Shown here: piece after piece, positions 42,201 through 54,969 of the stretch
How positions within the stretch are numbered: the stretch's first letter is position 1
How the letters are laid out: each line of letters starts with the position of its first letter
Assembly (NCBI GenBank): GCA_964304625.1
Contig: OZ199840.1
Span: 3,882,490 to 3,946,489, forward strand
Source: Kudoa neothunni
Taxonomy: Eukaryota; Animalia; Cnidaria
Length of the DNA: 64,000 nt
Direction: 5' to 3'
Made by a program: the position numbers and the translations under genes
Notes under the pieces: generated by a model
The model's input: the letters and a program-made list of their open reading frames with translations, nothing else
Databases searched by the model: none
Told to the model about the DNA's origin: nothing

Positions 42201-45200
42201 CAAGTGTATACACACAATACACCGCCAGTACATATAGCTTGGTAATAACCATTCCTTGAATCTTTTTCTTTTACGTAAATAGTGCAGGTGACGGATGAGG
42301 CTGATGTGCTAACAGTGAACATGAATCCATCCTCGGTAGGTGTAACCGCTACATTTTCAGTTGAAAGTACGGTTGATTGAGCTATATAAAATTTATTACA
42401 AATATATATTCATAATAAATACTTGTTTTCTGATAAAAATATTTTCGTGGAGAATAATTAGGTATGTTTATTATTTTTACCATAAAATCATAATGTAAAT
42501 AAGTTGGATTTGGTGTTATTTCCAACTCATCAAATGTACACGATAGATCGGTAGGAATTTTTCTTATGTTTTCACTAACCAATGGTGCATACACATTCCA
42601 AAAAGATAACGTACATTCCACAGCTGGTGTGCCGCTAACTTCTTCACCTTCTTCATTTTTCTTATTAGCCCTAATATCAATCTTTATTTTGTTGTTTGAA
42701 GTTGTCACGGGTATATCACTTCCATGTTTCACTAAATAATAGAATAACTAATTTGTATAAGATTAACATATCACATATGTAGATGTTGCTTTGGTAGCCA
42801 ACGGTAGGTTGCATTCCGAGTTTTAAGACACGAATTTTGACCGCTTTTACGCTATCAGGTATATCTCCAAAAGTTACATTGTTACACATACTGTATAAAC
42901 AGTTTCTTTTATTTTCACATTTATCAGAAAAAAAATTATTTGAAGAAGACGCAGTCGCGTCCAACCATTCAAACGTACACATCTCAGATGGGATTGCATT
43001 TACCAATTTTACTGTAAACCTTTTATTTGTTTCATCATTTGCTAATTCAAAATAGAATCTGCTGGAGACTGGTGCGTTATTTTTAACGAAATCATTTTCG
43101 TAAAAGTAATGAAAGTCGAAATGTTTTGGACATCGGATATGATAATCTTTAATTAACTCACCGAATTGAAGTGAGTTGCTTTCAAAATTAGTACACGGGT
43201 TTTCACTTTGTGATATTCCAGTTATCTTAGCATTGTCATTATATGCCTCGCAGTTTAGCGAACATTTATTTGATTCCAATTTGATTTTGTCGCCATCAAG
43301 TGATGCAACGTAAGTTATTTCCACGTAATCATCTTTAAAAAGTTATATTTATATTTCAATTATAAATTACCTATGAAATATGAATAAACCTTTCCTTTCC
43401 TAAAAGTGATTCTTCGAGTTGTTTCCTCCTGGGATCCAGATGATGGTGGGGTGGATAAACCTCCTTCACCACTGTCGCTGTCAACTTGCTTTGGCTTTGC
43501 AGGTTTAGGTTTTGGCTCAATAGTTTCTTCTTTAGATTCTTCATAAGTATAAGAAATATAATTAAGCTTATGCACATTATTAAGACTGATGGGATAAGCT
43601 GTATTAAGTGCGTTGCATTCTCGTTGGATTTGTGCGTTACTTTCACCGGCATTTTCATAACCCGTCAAATCATTTTTAGATCTTTCTATGACACATTTTT
43701 TACCATTAAGGGGTTTAAAGTCACCATTAAATTTAATTTTATAATTTCTTTCGGTTGTATAATATTTTAGAATCATCTCATCATTATTTTCCTCAATCGT
43801 TCCTACAAATATTAAATCTAAATTAATTACTTAATTATAACTTATTATTTCTTGTTTTAAAGGTTTGCTTGTATCAATGTTTATCACAACTATTTCGTAT
43901 GTTGTTTCTGCTCTGATATTGTTCCATGAAATATCCAATTTATTTGCTTCTGTTACAGCAGGAAAGCACGGGAGGTTCAAACAATCAATAATTATTTTCT
44001 TAGATGATTTTTCAAATATAATGTAAGCCCACGAATTCCTTAAATTTGCATCAGTCGACGCAGTCATGGTGGCAATAATCTTTTGACCTTCATTTGACTC
44101 GGTTGTAGAAAAACTAAATGTTACTTCTCCGGCTATTTATAATAATAAATTTTATTTAAGAACCTATCAATTACTTTCTATCCCCGGGCTACTTTGTTTG
44201 CACGTATACCCTTTAGAGCAGACTGTTATGATGTAACTTGTTTTGGGATCGAGGTTAACAATAGTAAAGGCGCTCGTACACTTATTAAAACAAAATTGTT
44301 TATTACCGTCTATTTCACATGTAGCTGGATATTTTGAGGCCACCTCCCCAACAACTGAATAATATAGTTCACAATTTGCTTGTGTGTTACTTCCTTCCTG
44401 AAAAAGGTTGCCTGGTGTAAGGGTTAATTGTGTATGTTGACTTGATACAGTTTCTGGTGTTATAGTTTTAGATGGATGAAATTGTTCCCCTACTAACAGT
44501 CAAAAAATAATTATTAATTAATTTTACCGTTTGTCTTAAAATATATGTATCTATGGTAATGATTAACTTCAGGAGAATCAACGGTAGTAAGTCCTGTTAT
44601 TTTCACTTTTATAATGTATTCTGTTAAGGGTTCTAATTGGGTCACAGTTTTTGAATCAAAACCCAGGCTTCCTTCAGATTCAATATAAGGAATGCCTTCA
44701 CCAGCAGCACCAATCCCAAGATATTTTCTAATTAACTTAATTTCTAATATTTTGGCAGTATTGTCCACAGGATCAGATGCTATATTTTCATTAAGATGGC
44801 TTAAATCAACAGTAGCTTGATTTTTTTCAGCTGTTACAGTTGCTTGTACAGTTCCAACTATACAAATAATATAACTATACAAATTACGTTTTAATACATG
44901 TCACTGTTTGGATAAACTCTTTAGATGCAATTTTGTCATATAATTTTACCATAACTTGAGCAAAATTAAAATTTGAGTCATGAAACAATGTCGCCTTGTA
45001 ACATGGTTGAAGACATGGGCCTGCCTTATTGTAGTCTGAACAATATGAGGAAAAGTGAGATTCATTTATTTCTTTTATTCCAAAATAACAAATCTTAGAA
45101 GGTTCTGGGTTTTCGAGTGTTATTGTATAATAATATTTCGTATTTGCCACTGGCCTTGATCCAGTTGCAATAAACCAATCATCGGTTGGTTTTTGGGGGT

Positions 45201-45942
45201 TTAGAAATATTTCGGGAGATTTATCGATAAACTTAACAACGTAATGTGCTTTATATGATTTAACAGTCATACTAATAATTTTTTGTTTATAGAAATCATC
45301 AGTTTTTTCCAAAGTACTTTCTGTCTTAAGATCAACCATGGTGGAGAAGCCACCATTTACTTTATTTTTAATTGAAATGGTAAATTCATCATTTTTTTTC
45401 CTCGCTGAAAACTCGCTCTTTAAATAAATATCTAAAATCGTTATTATACAAATAATATTTAAAAAATTTTCCTTACCTTTAATATTGTAAACTCTCTTAT
45501 CTTGACATGTTTTGGTGCTTACATCATCCTTTCCTTGACACCATTTTATGTATTTAATGTTTTTAAATCGTTTGCCGGTGATTTTTAATTGAACTTTTTT
45601 GCATGAGTAAATGCACATTTTAGCTGTTTGATCTTCAATGCCATTATCAATATCAACACTGCATGTAGGAATAATTTTTAATGATGATTCTGAAATATCA
45701 TAATATTGTAAGGCACATTTTCTTTCACTATTTTCGATACTGTATCCAGATATTGAAATATCATATTTATCTTCTTGACTCAAGAATTTTAACGTCATAC
45801 GATTATTATCAATCTGAACAGAGAAAACATGTTTTTCGTGAATAACTAATAAAAAATATTTATTATAATTTTTTCATAAACTGTTACCCCCTAAAATCAG
45901 TAGAAATATGTTTGCAATATACCTCATTGGAAATAATGTCAT
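39276..45942 (-). CDS. Large secreted, probably GPI-anchored surface protein with tandem Cys-rich FN3-like modules (~19 exons, roughly 1,800 aa)
   Basis: Signal exon MTLFPMRYIANIFLLILG. Exons of ~100 codons; the introns checked are phase 1. FN3 signatures LEPLTEYIIKV, LEAGTKYLISV, LDPKTSYIITV, LALGQKYKIFV, LYSGASYDIKI. Ends NENSYFILAILCLLFY*. Confidence 0.78.
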
Positions 45943-46578
45943 GAAAACTCTAATCCTACGAGAAATTATCTGAAATGAAGCGAATAATATTCAATGTTCA
46001 GACCGAAAGTTTATTATTATTATTATTATTCATTCATAAGTATATAATAACAATTAAGGATTTTTATAAATTTTAACGTCCAATTTAGATGCCACTTGGT
46101 TTCCTGAATCATCAATTTTGTAATAAATTGACATTTTATGGAAAAAATTTTAATTATATATGCAGCAAAGAACGAAGCACATTAATAATTGGATAAAATC
46201 TTTTACCGTATTTTGCCAAAGGTTGGTTTTATATAAATAGTTTATAATAGAAATTTCTTTATCCACTTAATATTTCTGCTAATTTATCGACGCAATATGT
46301 TTTACATACGTTATTTATTTTATTATAATTTCCAAAATAATAATTTTAATTTAGTTTATTTATTTATAAGATATCATTGTTTTTCTTTAAATTTGGTTAT
46401 AAAATGGTTTCTTTTAAATGAGTTACTCTTAAATTAGGTCTGGCGAAAAAATTCCAAATTTAGGATTTATCTATGCTTTAGTCTCATCATTATATTTTTG
46501 CGTCTAATCCTTTATTTAATGCGTTAATTACTATCTATAATTAGAGAAAGGAGCAAAATTAAAGCCAACTATGATATA

Positions 46579-46655
46579 CAGTCAGTGACCGGTTTTACGC
46601 ACATTCTAAAAAGAAACACAATTTGAATAATCAAATGTACAATCAATATGTAATA
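46579..46655 (+). mobile_element. Left end of a non-autonomous element interrupted by the Tigger insertion
   Basis: TA|CAGTCAGTGACCGGTTTTACG plus following sequence similar to the element at 4830. Confidence 0.6.
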
Positions 46656-48416
46656 CAGTAGGTCACCGATTTTCTGCAATATCAGACTTTTTTTCCTTCA
46701 AATATTAGTTTAATATTTTAAACCATATATTTGATTTTATTTTTAGGTTTTAATAATAATTTACAAAAATTTTAAAAATTGGGCATCTAAAAGTAGGGTT
46801 TGTCACATTATTAGCGCTTAACCGATTTTCCGTAAATCTTCAGCTCTAGGCGGATTTAGTGGTGTGCCTTTTTTTACACTTGTAATATCTGAAAAAATTA
46901 AAAATGAGGAAATAATAAAACTAAAATATAAATTTATTGTCTTTTAAAAGCATACTAAACAGGAGTGCAAAAATACTACTTTTCGGAAATTTAAGCTCCC
47001 TTTTATTTCTACTCTAGATATCATCTTGATTAGGGATAATAATATAGTTTTATCTTATAAATTTGCTTGACTTATTCAGCGAGGAAAAATTTTGAACAGT
47101 GTTTAAATCACGTCATCGATACTTTGGTGTATGACTGTGTGAATTATTTGAGATAAAAAAATTGAATTATCTGCTCATGATATCATACATGTAAGAAACC
47201 AATTGACGAAAGAATTGAACTTAAATGTAGTAATGACCCATGATTGGTTTCTTGGTTTTAAATCACGATGGAATTTAACAATATCATTGCCCATGGTGAT
47301 GCCGCTTATGTTGGCTAAAGTTTTGTAGAAAATTGGTAATTTAAATTGAATGACTAAGTCAAAGGTAACAACGATGACTGTATCTATAACCTAGATGCAA
47401 CTGCATTATTTTAATAACAACATAGAGGTCCATTATTTTTAAGGCTATGTTTTGTCGAGAGGAAAAAAATCTAAAAAATAATTACTGTTTTGCGGCATGC
47501 ACCTATGTCTGGAGGTTTCATTAAATCTTTTATGATTGGAAATCACAAAAACCACGTTGTTTTAAAAACGCTAAAACATTTACAGTAAAATACAAATCAA
47601 CTTGGAAAGAATGGATAACTAGGGAAACATTTAAAAAATATCTTTCTAATTTTGACAATATATTCAAACCAAAGTACAAGAAAGTTTACTATTTCTGAAT
47701 AATGTCACTTGCCACGCCGAAATTCATTTGTCCGATATCTCTCTTATATTCCGTACAAAAAATTCAACTAACATTTTGCAACCATTAGACTATAGAATCA
47801 TTTTCTCATTCAAATAAAATTACAAAAACAATTTAATAGAAAGTCATATTGCTGCGCCTAGCAATGATATAAATACATCCTACCAAGATTCGCTTAAAAC
47901 ATTGTTCCTAATTAAAAAATCATGGGACGGTGATTCAAACGATATTGTATTTAACTGTTTCAGAAAATATGGGTTTCCTGCAGCCAATGAATAAGAGCGT
48001 TCATCAAATATTAATTTTAGCAATCAAGAATTCTCAGTTGGAAATTCCGAGATTATACAAGAGTAAGTCATTATGCCTACATAAAAACACTTTAACGAGT
48101 TTACTCCTTTGTTTGTTGAATCTGCTAACTTTGAAACTGAAGATGAACGAGTGGTAGAATTTATATCTTCAAAAGATTCATTGAAATGTTTAAACATGCT
48201 GAAAAAATATACGACAGAGAGGAATTGATTATCTGGACGAAATAATAATTTAACATCATAAAATTACGACATACAAATTTAAAAATATAATTACAAATAA
48301 CATATTGTTTCAATAAAAGTAGATAATTGTATAAATGAAATTAATTTCTTTAAAATAAGTGTATGTTTTTATATTTGTGTGCCCTCAGAAAGTTACTGAA
48401 AATCAATAACTTACTG
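46656..48416 (+). mobile_element. Degenerate pogo/Tigger (CENP-B-like) transposon
   Basis: TIRs CAGTAGGTCACCGATTTTCTGCAA and rc CAGTAAGTTATTGATTTTCAGTAA with TA TSD. Fossil motifs DWFLGFKSRW, IYNLDATALF, ITVL, EWIT, LQPLDYRII..FK, IKKSW..NCFRKYGF. Confidence 0.85.
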
Positions 48417-49389
48417 TATTTTTTAATGTTTTTATTAAAGAATTTTGATCTTAATATAATAATGTTGCGAAATTTCCAGTTTGTTGGTCACGTGATTGTT
48501 AGGTTCTAATACTGTTTCGGAACGTTTTTGAAAAAAATAGAATTTTGTTTAATGTCCGAAAGAATTAAATGCGAAAAAATAAAATCAAAACATGAAATAA
48601 TAAAATTCTTCAACAATATTTCCTCAAAAGCAGCCAAATTTGTTACTATAAAGCACCAGACATATCCTCCATATCCAACCCCTATGACACCTTAAAAAGA
48701 ATAAATAACATTTTTTAAATGATTTAACACAAATCGATTATTGTCTTCATTTGCGAATATATTAAAATGAGTTTAAAAATTATCCAAGTTTGACAACAAA
48801 TTACTAAAAATTAAGTTAAACAATATTAAAATAATTTTCATATTTTGGGAGAAAAATATGAAATAGTTTTCGAGATATTCGTTACCTGACCTATAGCCAC
48901 TAGCTTTAATTAATTACATTGTTGTTGTACTTGTGACTATAGAATAAAATCTACTATTACGCATAATACCATTTTTAATTAAAATCATGTTTTTATATTC
49001 TAACGATCATATTATTTGTTTAAATTTTTGTAGATGAATGTAATGTGCGTCAAGCTAATTGATAGGATAAAATATAAGGATAATATGATAAATTAATGTT
49101 GTAATATTTAATAAGTTTAATTTTCCTTTTTTCGCAGACACGTTGTTGCTTTTTCATTTGCTCTATATTACGATACAATAAAAATTGAATATAACATTAC
49201 CTAAAATTCAAATCGCCTTAGCTACTTTAGCATTCCCAAAAATAGTTCTTTGCAATTTTTAATATATTTTCTAATGAACATACATTTATCGAAATAACCA
49301 AAACAAATTTAAATAGATATAATCTCTAATTATATGAAAAATAACCTCATATATATATATATATATATTCTCCGGTTCCATTTAATGGT

Positions 49390-51520
49390 AAAAATAATTT
49401 TAATTGTCGCCAGGTAGATTCAGTTGTATTGGAATGCGTTCCATCTTTAGCAACGAAACATTTACAATGATTTACAGTTCGATGTCTGTATCCCATGCTT
49501 CCAAGCGATTTATAAACTTTGGCGGCATCCGTAAATATTGTTGGCCCTTAATTTGATTATTTTCTTTGCCCCATAAAAAATACCTAGCAATATGTATTTT
49601 TTAATTAACGGAAGCAAAGTGGCATGGTTTCTTTTTTTACAGGAATCGTAAAGGGAAAATCTGTCCGCATATGCGCAAAGCGACAATTTTTAAAATGAAA
49701 TATAATTTAATTTTAAAAGGAAAACTATTCAAAGTTCCAAGAATATGTTTTAGCAATAAGATTTAGAAAATCCATTCCTTTAAATGAATTGTAATTTTCA
49801 CATATTGATTTGATACCAGCTATCTTTTTATCATACATTGAGCATGTAATTTTCCTTATGTTTGATAGTTGGAATTCGATATCATTTTCAATATTACTTT
49901 GATAAACTTTTAGCTTATCACAAAAAGAAGGTAACTCTGGATGACATTGTTCAAAGCGGTTTTTGAAAATTCTGTCATATGCATTCCAGCACTCAATTGG
50001 ATATTTGGAGCCATTCAAGAAATTTTTTTCAAAGTATTTAAAAAATTCTGACAAATTTAGTTCGGTGAAAGTAGATGATTTTTTAAGGATTTTTTTGTAT
50101 TCAATATGGATAAAACCCGCGGGGACAAAAGCCAACGAAGAAACAGTTTTCATAAATAATTTGAATTCCTGATTATGAAGAAATTCTTCGGAGAGACCAA
50201 GCTTTTGAATCTTCCTCCAAAGGTATTGCCTTAGATGAAATAAACACAAATAAACTTGACATTTCGTTGCTTTTTTAAATGCAACAAATGCTGCAATTTC
50301 AAAATCGATGACCACGTAATCTGGAAGTTTCTGTTCGCATTTTTCATAAAGGGTACTAAAGGCACGCATGTTATCGTTTTCCTTTTTACTTTTCATTAGA
50401 ATAAATGCTAATGAAAAGGTTTTAGAGTTAATTTCTCCGTGAATTGAGTAGAGTTGCAAAAATACATTTGGGCAAACTTTAAACGTTCCATCGGAAATCA
50501 AGAACCTTGAATTTTCAAATGAACCAAATTTCGTTCAGTTGCTAAAATGACGATTCTATAGCTTTCATTAACTCCAGAGTCATAAACAAAAGAGCTCATT
50601 TCGAAGTGTACAAAAGTTCAGTTCTTGATGGTTTTTGGTTTTGTCCACAACTCTGGAGTCTCTCTTTCTGGTGTTCCGAATATTTTTAAAAGTATTGCTT
50701 TTATTAAGTATTTGAAGATCACACAATTTTGAGGTACTTGTTGCGTAGTATACGAAGTAATCTTAGCAATATCGTGAATCTTCAACGACAAAAATCTTGT
50801 TGATATATCATTTCCAGACAATGTATGATTACGATCATCAGTTGATAAAATAATTTCCACTGGATCCGAAAGATTCGTTCTGATTTTCGCAAGACAAGTT
50901 CTTTGTTGACATCTCCAAGAAGTAAACATTTTTCCAACATGGTGTTTAGTATAAAAATAGTTTTTATAAAAAATCCAATCCGTATTGGAGCATGTTTTAA
51001 TAATTTGATAATTTGGACTCATATATCTCGACAATCTTTCCAGGCTCTAATGATTAATTATATATGATTGAAATAATTGGTTACCTCCAATTGGTTGAGA
51101 ATCAGGTAATAGGATTTCTCCAATCCACAAGAGTTGCGATGGATCCTAGGCGTCAATCCGATTGAATAAATGAATTTTTGCAATTATGCAACCAGTAATA
51201 AATCATTAAGAGTATTGTCTACATTGAAAAATTAACGTGGTTATTAACAATATTTTTACTTTTAATTTCATGTTTGAAATTTGGAACAGGGAACTTGATC
51301 TTATAGGAATGAATTTTCTACATTTTTTATTGTTGCAGCGCCATGTAACCTTGTCGAGCTTCATTTTGAGTTCTTTGACTAATTTTATCGTTCCAGTAGT
51401 ACATTTTGTGCAAATGCCACTTCTGTTTTTTAAAAGATTAAACCCAATCAAAAACATTATAAGGTCTTCTTTATTTTAGGAAATCTTATATATTTTACCA
51501 GTGATAAAGACCTTTGTCAT
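49390..51520 (-). mobile_element. Merlin (IS1595/ISXO2-like) transposase pseudogene with three short introns, split by a MULE
   Basis: Zn ribbon CTKC..WRCNNKKCRK.IPIRSSSLF; K|TILLMIYYW; IG|EPGKIVEIYES. After the MULE: RNHATLLPLIKKYILL|GPTIFTD..Y..L..MGYRHRTVNH..FV..DGTHSNTTESTW. GT-AG introns at 51219-51259, 51047-51084 and 49547-49583. Confidence 0.85.
49652..51010 (-). mobile_element. 5'-truncated Mutator-like (MULE) element with FLYWCH domain
   Basis: FLYWCH-like YFY..WRCQQRTCLAKI..NH; DGTFKVCP..FLQLYSIHG; DFEIAAFVAF; CLFHLRQYLWRKIQ; LAFVP; FFKYFEKNFL. Frameshifted, with a deletion near the catalytic Glu region. Confidence 0.88.
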
Positions 51521-51576
51521 AGTTGCTTTTTAACCGCGTGTTTTGTCGTAAAAACGTGACGTTGTTTTTCTCAGTG

Positions 51577-52613
51577 GGCTATCTTTTACATAAAGGGACT
51601 GCGCTAGCAAATTTTCGTGACACATTCGGAAAATGGCGGCATATCGAAGAAATTTTGATTTGAAGACCATAGATTCCATCAATATATTGGATTATGCTTA
51701 TTTTAAATCTGATACTGTGTACACAATAAAAAAATTACAAAATCTCGGTCTCATTTCTTCACAAAATAAGTGTATATGTGGGGCAATGATGCATCATGTT
51801 TCTAACAAAAAGTCGCAAGAGTTATTTTTTCCGATGTCCTGATTGTTTGAAAAAACAAAATCTTCGGGTTGGTTCAATATTCGAGAATTCAAAGCTACCG
51901 CTATGGAAACTGTTTATATTCTTCGTTATAAAGATACAATTTAGTAAGATTACGTATGAAGAAATTCAAAAACATGTAGAAATGATGTCAACTAAAACTA
52001 TATGGGGCTGGAGTGAGTTGGTACGAAGTATCATTACTTTGAAAATTGCTTAAGAACATAAAAAAAAATTGGCGGGAGAAACGTCGTCGTCCTAATAGAT
52101 GAGACCGCCGTAACAAGGCAGAAATATAATGTTGACAGGCTACTAAAAAACCAACAATATTGGATAGTCGGAGGAATAGATGATAACGGTGAATGTTTTT
52201 TCGAATTGACGAAGAAAAGTTCGAGTTCTGTCCTTGAAAACATCATCCTACATAACGTCGAAGAAAACTCCATCATATGGACTGACAAATGGAGAGGATA
52301 TTGTCGTCTCAGTGATATTGGTTTTTTTCATGACACAGTTTGTCATAAATATTCATTCGTTTCTGGTACTGAAGTGCACATTAACAAAATAAAAGCTACT
52401 TGGGGTGGATTTAAAAGAAAATACCGAAACATAATAAACAAAAATGAAGAATCCCTATATGACTTCATATCTGATTATATTTTTCGTAAGAGGTACAAGG
52501 GAGTCGAATTTAGTGCATTTTTCAAAGAAATTATGAACAACTACTTAGTTTAAATTAGTTACACGATGTATGCCGGTTTTTTCGAGCGCAGTCCCTTTAT
52601 GTAAAAGATAGCC
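51577..52613 (+). mobile_element. Compact Merlin transposon (1,037 bp) with perfect 29-bp TIRs and an inactivated intronless transposase
   Basis: TIR GGCTATCTTTTACATAAAGGGACTGCGCT at 51577-51605 and exact inverse at 52585-52613. CIC..CPDC, IGG..VLIDET, WIVGGID, IWTDKWRGY, HDTVCH..FV..HINKIKATW. Contains frameshifts and a stop. Confidence 0.93.
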
Positions 52614-52805
52614 GTTATTTTATGTATTACTATTACAGTCAACAACGATTACTGTGTAGCTGGATATTGCGCACTAATTTTAGTCATAATTAAATTTAAC
52701 AATATCTCCAAATCAAAGTGTATTGTCATTATTTGGTAATTTTTATTTTAAAGAAGTACAACGAAATTAAACGTTGGTTCCAAAGTTTCTCTATTTTTAT
52801 ATTAA

Positions 52806-54969
52806 CCCTCCGATGATTTTGAGGTAGAATCTATTCCAATGCGATTTTATAATTCATATATCTCCTTATGTTGGAAGTGTTGGAAGTGTTGGCGTTTAAG
52901 ATTCTATGCGTTCCTGTAACATACATTTCTTTTTAGTTTTAGACTAAAACATTTTTTAAATATTTTGTATTCAAAAAATATATTGTATGTTTACCTCCTA
53001 AAGTATTTTGGGGTAGAAATTACTCCACCCATTTTTTTACGTTTAAATTTAAAAAAAATTATAAACATTCACATAATAATGTTTTTATAAACACAAATGA
53101 AATAAATGTACATATCTCACGTTAGATAATTGTGGTTTAATCTACTCCATTAATAATTCATTATAATCTGTATGTCGTAATTTTATATTATGGTTAGACT
53201 CATCCAAGTAATTAAATATGGCTTTCAGCGCAAAAACATTAATTTTAGGAAATATTTATTTTGAACAACCTAAGAAACTGTTTGAAGAATGTATCGGACA
53301 ATAAAATTTGTAGTTTTTTATCATTTTTTCGAGAACAAGACTCACATCGTGAACTTTCATGTTTACGGGTGGTTCCAAATGGGACATATTTGCTTTATTG
53401 ATGTGCCTTTTTGCCGGTACATTGGTAGAATGTGTGGCCAACAACAATTTAAACAGTTCATGGAGTTGCACTGCGATCTCCCTTAGGAAGGTTCGTCCAT
53501 TATTCGATTCACCAAATATTTCTTCATACAATGCAAAAGCATTCACCAATGACTAGTCGACTATGCAAAAGAATACAACTAGAGGCCATCTACTTGTAAA
53601 TCGACAAACAAAAACCGATGCGAGCATCCTGTCGATATTATGTACGCCGCCCTTAGTTTTATTATAATCCAATAGTAACTGAGGTTTGAACTTAAGGTAT
53701 TTTCCAGCAACAGAGTTATCATGTGTGAATGAAGTTAGAATAATCACAGATTTGCCTTTTTGCAACATATGATAACAGCATATTTATCGTGAAACGAAAA
53801 AATGATGGAATAAAGAGGCCTTTTTCTTGAAGGTTGAAGATAAGATGGTATCTCTTTTTTGTTTTATCTCATTGCATCCAAAAAAGTCAACTATCTTTCC
53901 AACAATTTCTTCGCGAGAGGTATCGATGAGAAGAAATTATTAGCAACTACACTTTGGCCAGAATCAAACAAATGAGTTGTAAGGTTGAGTAAGATGTTTT
54001 CACCTGCGTTAGTTTGTCGGTTCAACTCAATTATTCTTTCCCAAGTAAACGCTGGCATTACAAACGTAATTGGTGATTGGATCAACCAATAGAAAAAATT
54101 CTTACCATAGTTTTCCAGCATCATGGGCATATACTGACGGAAAGGATATCTTCCCCGGAACGGAACCAATTGTTCATCGACTGTTACATCCTCATTAGGA
54201 ACAAAACACTTAGGTAGCACGTCACTCCATTTCTCCCATATATCACGAATGGCACAGAATTTGTCCAACTTTTTACGTCATTCGCGTGTATTAAAGTTAT
54301 CAAAATACATTGTTCGGAAAATATGTTTGAAGCGCCGAAATGAAAATAATTGCCGATAGATTTCTCTTCCTTCCTTCCTTCTGGCTGAATAACTCATTTA
54401 TATGCTCCTCTCTGTCCTTATAGGGGGCTATGAGGATTAACAATCCCAAAAATCCCCTAATTTCTACCAAATCAAGATCGTACCATTAATCGCCTAAATG
54501 CTGTTTTCCAAACCTATTTTTAAACAAAATGATTTCGTTACTGATTTCATCATTCGAAAATAATAAAAAACAGTCCAGCATGTTATTTTATTTCTGTTTG
54601 AACATAGGCAGTGGATATATTTTATTCTCCAAACCTTAGTCGGACAAGGCTTTGAAGCACTCCATTAAATACCATCTTTACTAGTAAGAACATCGATACC
54701 AACGTCGATTATTTCTACTTCGTCTGAGAATTCTTCATCTTCGTAAATGTGACCTCCACGCTCATTGAAAAAACACACGATCACACACGCGCCAACATTA
54801 AATATATCACTTTTTCGTGAGGTTTAAACTAAATTTACGATTGGAAATTTGTTAGATTATAGTTTGAAAACATTGTAATATGTTTCGAATTTTAAACGAA
54901 CAAAATAGTTGGGGTATTTTTTACCCCAAAGTACTTTACACGTACATAGTTTTTATGATCATCAGAGGG
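52806..54969 (-). mobile_element. Near full-length degenerate piggyBac
   Basis: TTAA|CCCTCCGATGAT...ATCATCAGAGGG|TCAA termini. Internal inverted repeats near 53000 and 54911. DKFCAIRDIW, VTVDEQLVPFRGR.PFRQYMP, NNFFSS, KPQLLLDYNKTKGGV, RWPL. Confidence 0.92.
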
